Positions 60,246 through 64,000 of a stretch of DNA of 64,000 bases are shown here, in pieces. The stretch's first letter is position 1, and each line of letters begins with the position of its first letter. A program made the position numbers and the translations under genes. The notes under the pieces are model-generated. The model did no database searches. It saw only the letters and a program-made list of their open reading frames with translations, and had not been told where the DNA came from. Source of the stretch: an uncultured Chloroflexia bacterium (GTDB lineage: Bacteria > Chloroflexota > Dormibacteria > Aeolococcales > Aeolococcaceae); assembly GCA_963803165.1 (NCBI GenBank), contig CAWDLK010000006.1, positions 35 to 64,034 of the forward strand. Direction: 5' to 3'.

Positions 60246-61097
60246 TCACCACACCCCGGGGATCAGCCGGGCCCGACCGGCGGCCCACCCGCTCCACGCG
60301 GGGAACACCCGGCGGAGCAGCCCCTCCTCATACCGGATCCTGGTCACCTGCAGAGCGCAGAAGACGGCGACCACGATCAGCGGGATCAGGTGGCTCTCGG
60401 AGACCACCATCGCCCACGCCGAGACGATCTCGCAGAGGTAGAGGGGGTGGCGCACCAGCCGGTACGGCCCGGTGGTGACCAGGCGCCGCGCCGCCGGGAA
60501 GATGCCGAAGGAGAGCCGCAGCGTGAGCAGGCCCCAGACGGCCCCGGCGGTGGCCGCGACCAGCACCAGTGAGCAGGCCGCGCCCACCCAGGTCGGGATC
60601 GAGAGGAGGGCCGGGCCCTCGGGGAGGAAGGTGCCGCAGAGGAGCAGGATGGCGGTCCCCGCGAAGGCCACCAGGCGAGGCAGGAGGCGGGGGTCGGCCG
60701 CCCGCGGCCTGGGCCGGATCACGAAGAGGACCACCGGGATGAGGCAGAAGGCGGCGAAGAGGCCCTCGCGCACCGGCCCGCCGATCACCGTCAGCCAGGT
60801 GACCGGGGAGAGGCTCTGGGCGAGCCAGATGGTGTGGAGGACCACCCCGTACCCGAGCAGAGCGTAGAGGAGCCCGGGCACGATCCGGCCCGTGAGCAGG
60901 TAGCGGAGGTCGGCGACCCTCTCCTGCGATCCTGTGGTGAGGTCGCCGGCGGGGCGGACCGGGGACCGCGCGGCGGGGCGTGCCGGAATGGCGTCGAGCG
61001 CTCTCACCCCGGCAGTATCCGGCACCCGCCTGGGCCCGCCGGCTCCGAGCAACCAACCCGTGACCCCGACGTCGGCCGGCGTTGCAGGGGCGGGCAC
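60246..61097 (-). CDS. isoprenylcysteine carboxyl methyltransferase / phospholipid methyltransferase family membrane protein
   Basis: C-terminal RLVTTGPYRLVRHPLYLCEI...E motif. 5-6 TM helices. The start is uncertain. Confidence 0.65.
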   Translation of the reverse strand: MPAPATPADVGVTGWLLGAGGPRRVPDTAGVRALDAIPARPAARSPVRPAGDLTTGSQERVADLRYLLTGRIVPGLLYALLGYGVVLHTIWLAQSLSPVTWLTVIGGPVREGLFAAFCLIPVVLFVIRPRPRAADPRLLPRLVAFAGTAILLLCGTFLPEGPALLSIPTWVGAACSLVLVAATAGAVWGLLTLRLSFGIFPAARRLVTTGPYRLVRHPLYLCEIVSAWAMVVSESHLIPLIVVAVFCALQVTRIRYEEGLLRRVFPAWSGWAAGRARLIPGVW

Positions 61098-61141
61098 CCT
61101 CGCCTCCCGGGGCCCGATCGGACCCCGGATACACTGCGGCG

Positions 61142-62074
61142 ATGACGCATCCCCTGGCCCGGCCGCTGCTCGCCGGCGACGTCCGCGCCCTGGCTCAGGC
61201 CATCCGGATGGCCGAGGACCGCGATCCAGACGTGGTCGCGCTGCTGGCCGAGGTGCGGGGCCGCCGCGGCTCTCCCCGGGTCATCGGGCTGACCGGGCCG
61301 CCCGGGAGCGGCAAGTCGACGCTCTGCGATCAGCTGATCGAGCGCTGGCGGGCGCGCGGAGAGGGGGTGGGGGTGCTCGCCGTCGACCCCTCCAGCCCGT
61401 TCGGGGGCGGTGCCGTGCTCGGTGACCGCGTCCGGATGCAGCGGCACGCGGGGGATCCCGGGGTGTACATCCGCTCGATGGCGACCCGCGGCCGGCGCGG
61501 CGGGCTGGCGGCGGCGTCCGGCGACGCGATCCGGCTCCTCGCCGCCGCCGGGCGGGGGACCTGCCTGCTCGAGACGGTGGGCGTGGGCCAGGCCGAGCTC
61601 GACGTCATGCACAGCGCCGACACCACCGTGGTGGTGCTGACCCCGGCGGCCGGCGATGCCGTCCAGCTCCTCAAGGCGGGGATCCTCGAGATCGGCGACG
61701 TGCTGGTGGTCAACAAGGCGGACCTCTCCGGTGCTGCCCGCCTGGCCCGCGAGCTGCGCGGGCTCCCGCGCCGGGTCGGGCACGGGAGCGGGCCGGCGCC
61801 GGCCGTGCTCCAGACGGTCGCCACCACCGGTGAGGGGGTCGACGACCTGGTCGCCGCCATCGACCGCCACCAGGAGGTGATCGCCGGCTCCGGTGAGCTG
61901 CGCCGCCGCCGCCTGGAGCGCCTGCGCGTCGAGGTCGAGGCCCTGGTCGCCGAGGCTGCGGCCGATCAGGCACGCCGTGCGCTCGCCGAGGGGATGCCGC
62001 CGCTGGACGCGGACGCGGACATCGCGGGGATCGACCCCCGGGCACTCGCCGACCTGGTCCTCCGGGATCGCTGA
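61142..62074 (+). CDS. meaB: methylmalonyl-CoA mutase-associated G-protein chaperone (MeaB/ArgK family)
   Basis: P-loop GLTGPPGSGKST, switch II ETVGVGQAE, NKXD VVNKAD. Confidence 0.85.
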   Translation: MTHPLARPLLAGDVRALAQAIRMAEDRDPDVVALLAEVRGRRGSPRVIGLTGPPGSGKSTLCDQLIERWRARGEGVGVLAVDPSSPFGGGAVLGDRVRMQRHAGDPGVYIRSMATRGRRGGLAAASGDAIRLLAAAGRGTCLLETVGVGQAELDVMHSADTTVVVLTPAAGDAVQLLKAGILEIGDVLVVNKADLSGAARLARELRGLPRRVGHGSGPAPAVLQTVATTGEGVDDLVAAIDRHQEVIAGSGELRRRRLERLRVEVEALVAEAAADQARRALAEGMPPLDADADIAGIDPRALADLVLRDR

Positions 62075-62085
62075 GCGCCCGGCTT

Positions 62086-62109
62086 CCTCCCCCGGCTACC
62101 GGGCGGAGG
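62086..62109. terminator. bidirectional hairpin between the convergent meaB and Big_3 genes
   Basis: CCTCCCCCGG-cta-CCGGGcGGAGG, a 10-bp stem with one bulge. The loop triplet is the stop codon of the minus-strand gene. Confidence 0.3.
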
Positions 62110-64000
62110 ACGGTGTCTGATCCGGCGAAGGGCCGGCGTACTCGAGGGTGCGGCGGGTGAGACGTCGGCCGCGCCGCGAGGCGACCGCGATCGCCCCCAG
62201 CACCAGGGCGTTGAAGACGATCAGGAAGACGATGATCTGGGGTGCGTTCCCCATGTGGATCCCGGACACCAGCGAGATGGCGTCGATCGGAGGCACCTCG
62301 GAGGTGTCGAACTGGTCGGGGTTGGTGGGGGCGGAGCCGGAGACCCCGCTCGGCCGGCTCGGCGGGGATGCGGTCACCGGCGGGACGATCACCGGAGCCG
62401 CCGCGCCGGTGGAGCGCGCCGTGGCCGGCGAGGGCGGTGTCGAAGCGCCGCCCGGCTTGCTGGACCCGCCCGGCTTGGGAGTGCCGGTCGGGGCGGCGGT
62501 CGGGGTGGCGGTGGGCGTCGCGCCTCCGCCCACGCTCTGCGCCGAGCTCCCCGAGGAGCTCGAGAAGTTGGCGTCACCCGAGTAGGAGGCGGCGATGCTC
62601 TGGGTGCCGGGGGCGAGCGACGAGAGGGTCAACGAGGCCTGTCCGAGGCTGTCCAGCGCGACCGCCGTGCGGCCGGTGCCGTTGACGGTGAAGGTGATCG
62701 TCCCGGTGGGGGTCAGGCTGGAGCTGGGATGGTTGACGGTCGCCGTGACGATGACCGGCCTGCCGGCGGGGGAGGGGTTGAGCGAGGTGGCGACCGAGAG
62801 GGTGGTCGACGCCGCGACCCGCTCGACGGTGACGGCGGCGGTCGACGCCGAGGTCGCCGCCGCGTAGAAGGCCTGGGCGGCGGCGTCCGGGTGGTACGCC
62901 GCCGTGATCGAGGGGTAGCTGCCCGCGGTCAGTGCGACCCGGAGGCTGGCCAGGGCGTCCGCGGTGGCGCCGACCTCGGCGGTCGCGGCCGCGCCGAGAA
63001 GGGTGGAGCCCTCCAGGAAGTCCACCGTCCCGCTCGGGAACGGGGCCGTGCCGCTGCCGAAGACCACCGAGGTGAGGGTGACGCTCTGCCCCGCGTCCAC
63101 CGAGGCCGGAGCCGCTCCGACGGTCACCAGCTGGGGCGCGACGGGCGAGCTCGCGGTCAGCAGCGCCGTCTCGCCGGGCTGGTCCTGGAGGTAGGCGGTG
63201 AGGGTGAGCCCGCGCGCTCGCCCGGCGGCGGTGGTGAGCTTGGCGCATCCGGTGGAGCATCGCCGCCCCGGGGTCACCGGGAGGGTGACCACGCCCGAGC
63301 CGGACGCGGCGAAGTTGCCGGTGCCGGAGTAGGCGGCGGTGAGCTTTTGGGTGCCGGACTGGCCGAAGCACGTCGTCAGGGTGGCCGTGCCCCCGCTCAG
63401 CGTGGCCGTCCCCAGGCTGGTGCCACCGTCGGAGAAGGCCACCGTCCCGCCCGGCACGCCGCCGGCCGAGGACACGGCCGCGGTGAGGGTCACCGTCTGC
63501 CCGGTCGCGGCGGACGTGGGCGAGACCGTGAGCCCGGTGGCCGTCGACGCCGGTGCCACCTGCTCCGACAGGGAGATGCTCGAGGAGGGCGAGAAGTTGC
63601 CGTCGCCGGCGTAGGTCGCCGCGATGGCGTGGGTCCCCACGTCGAGCGAGGTCACCACGACCGCCGCCGCCCCCCCGACCAGGCTCGCGCTTCCCACGGC
63701 GGTGCCGCCGTCCAGCAGCGAGACCCTGCCCGTCGGCACGCCACCGCCCGCAGCGGGCAGCACCGACACCACGAAGAGGAGGGTCTCCCCGTACGTCGCC
63801 GGGTCGACCGTCGGCAGCAGCAACGTCGTCGAACCCTGGACGGTGACGTCCTGCTCGAGCACGCTCGACACCGATGCCGCGAAGGTCGCCGATCCCGCGT
63901 AGTCGGCGGTGAGCTGGTGGGTGCCGGCGGCGAGCCCCGAGCAGACCAGGGCCGCCTGGCCGGTCGCCCCGACCGACACCGTCCCGAGGCTCGAGCTCCC
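62096..64000 (-). CDS. cell-surface protein with tandem bacterial Ig-like (Big_3-type) repeats and a C-terminal TM anchor, 5'-truncated by window end
   Basis: At least six repeats of about 90 aa ending in ...T(A/T)TY(A/S)GDxNF(S/A)xS. Then a Pro/Thr-rich stalk, a TM helix IIVFLIVFNALVLGAIAVA and RRGRR. The ORF is open to nt 64000. Confidence 0.65.
   Translation of the reverse strand, partial: GSSSLGTVSVGATGQAALVCSGLAAGTHQLTADYAGSATFAASVSSVLEQDVTVQGSTTLLLPTVDPATYGETLLFVVSVLPAAGGGVPTGRVSLLDGGTAVGSASLVGGAAAVVVTSLDVGTHAIAATYAGDGNFSPSSSISLSEQVAPASTATGLTVSPTSAATGQTVTLTAAVSSAGGVPGGTVAFSDGGTSLGTATLSGGTATLTTCFGQSGTQKLTAAYSGTGNFAASGSGVVTLPVTPGRRCSTGCAKLTTAAGRARGLTLTAYLQDQPGETALLTASSPVAPQLVTVGAAPASVDAGQSVTLTSVVFGSGTAPFPSGTVDFLEGSTLLGAAATAEVGATADALASLRVALTAGSYPSITAAYHPDAAAQAFYAAATSASTAAVTVERVAASTTLSVATSLNPSPAGRPVIVTATVNHPSSSLTPTGTITFTVNGTGRTAVALDSLGQASLTLSSLAPGTQSIAASYSGDANFSSSSGSSAQSVGGGATPTATPTAAPTGTPKPGGSSKPGGASTPPSPATARSTGAAAPVIVPPVTASPPSRPSGVSGSAPTNPDQFDTSEVPPIDAISLVSGIHMGNAPQIIVFLIVFNALVLGAIAVASRRGRRLTRRTLEYAGPSPDQTPSSAR

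Overview
This is a 64 kb, very high-GC (about 70%+) chromosomal window of actinobacterial type. Coding density is high and I see no transposase, integrase or CRISPR array. I support roughly 65 protein genes, two tRNAs (tRNA-Arg CCU and tRNA-Pro CGG, both minus strand), one perfect 13x tandem 18-nt repeat, and a few candidate promoters and hairpins.

Functional blocks, in order:
- A split kdpD-like sensor: an N-terminal KdpD/USP fragment on the plus strand facing a DUF4118-HisKA-HATPase kinase on the minus strand.
- An Lrp-RAM mini protein and a CDP-alcohol phosphatidyltransferase.
- tdh-kbl, then an ECF sigma / anti-sigma pair.
- A bipartite conserved-unknown envelope locus. On the plus strand: PPGYG-repeat membrane protein, DUF4129, DUF4350, MoxR AAA+ ATPase, DUF58. 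On the minus strand, convergent: YihY/BrkB, RDD, DUF95/SpoIIM, ispH. The two arms are separated by two small membrane proteins that carry the same Pro-rich GYGPPPGY tails.
- A tRNA-flanked segment: GNAT, lipoprotein, DUF3224, patatin, and a 37-aa hydrophobic micro-ORF.
- DJ-1, AKR, pdxS-pdxT, a tandem GNAT, a Ycf45/R3H ATPase and tmk.
- Two tandem paralogous secreted Gly/Cys-rich proteins with an Ig-like domain and a C-terminal TM+RRRR anchor. This is my best candidate for an undescribed system.
- A PAS-GAF-GGDEF-EAL protein.
- A propionate / acyl-CoA block: enoyl-CoA hydratase, EtfD-like membrane Fe-S oxidoreductase, ParA-HTH fusion, MFS transporter, methylmalonyl-CoA epimerase, split methylmalonyl-CoA mutase catalytic domain, pccB, sucCD, thiolase, ACAD. 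meaB lies 18 kb further on.
- A LacI-type ligand-binding domain joined to PAS-GGDEF, then LCP, pfk, ada-alkA-ogt, ICMT, and a 5'-truncated Big_3 Ig-repeat surface protein at the window end.

A recurring theme is apparent single-nucleotide frame breaks inside otherwise well-conserved genes: kbl, mcm, alkA, probably the Ycf45 N-terminus and the LacI-LBD/GGDEF junction. All appear to be of the +1 class. This suggests assembly indel errors or, less likely, pseudogenization.

All calls come from reading the ORF translations and the sequence by eye. No database search was run.
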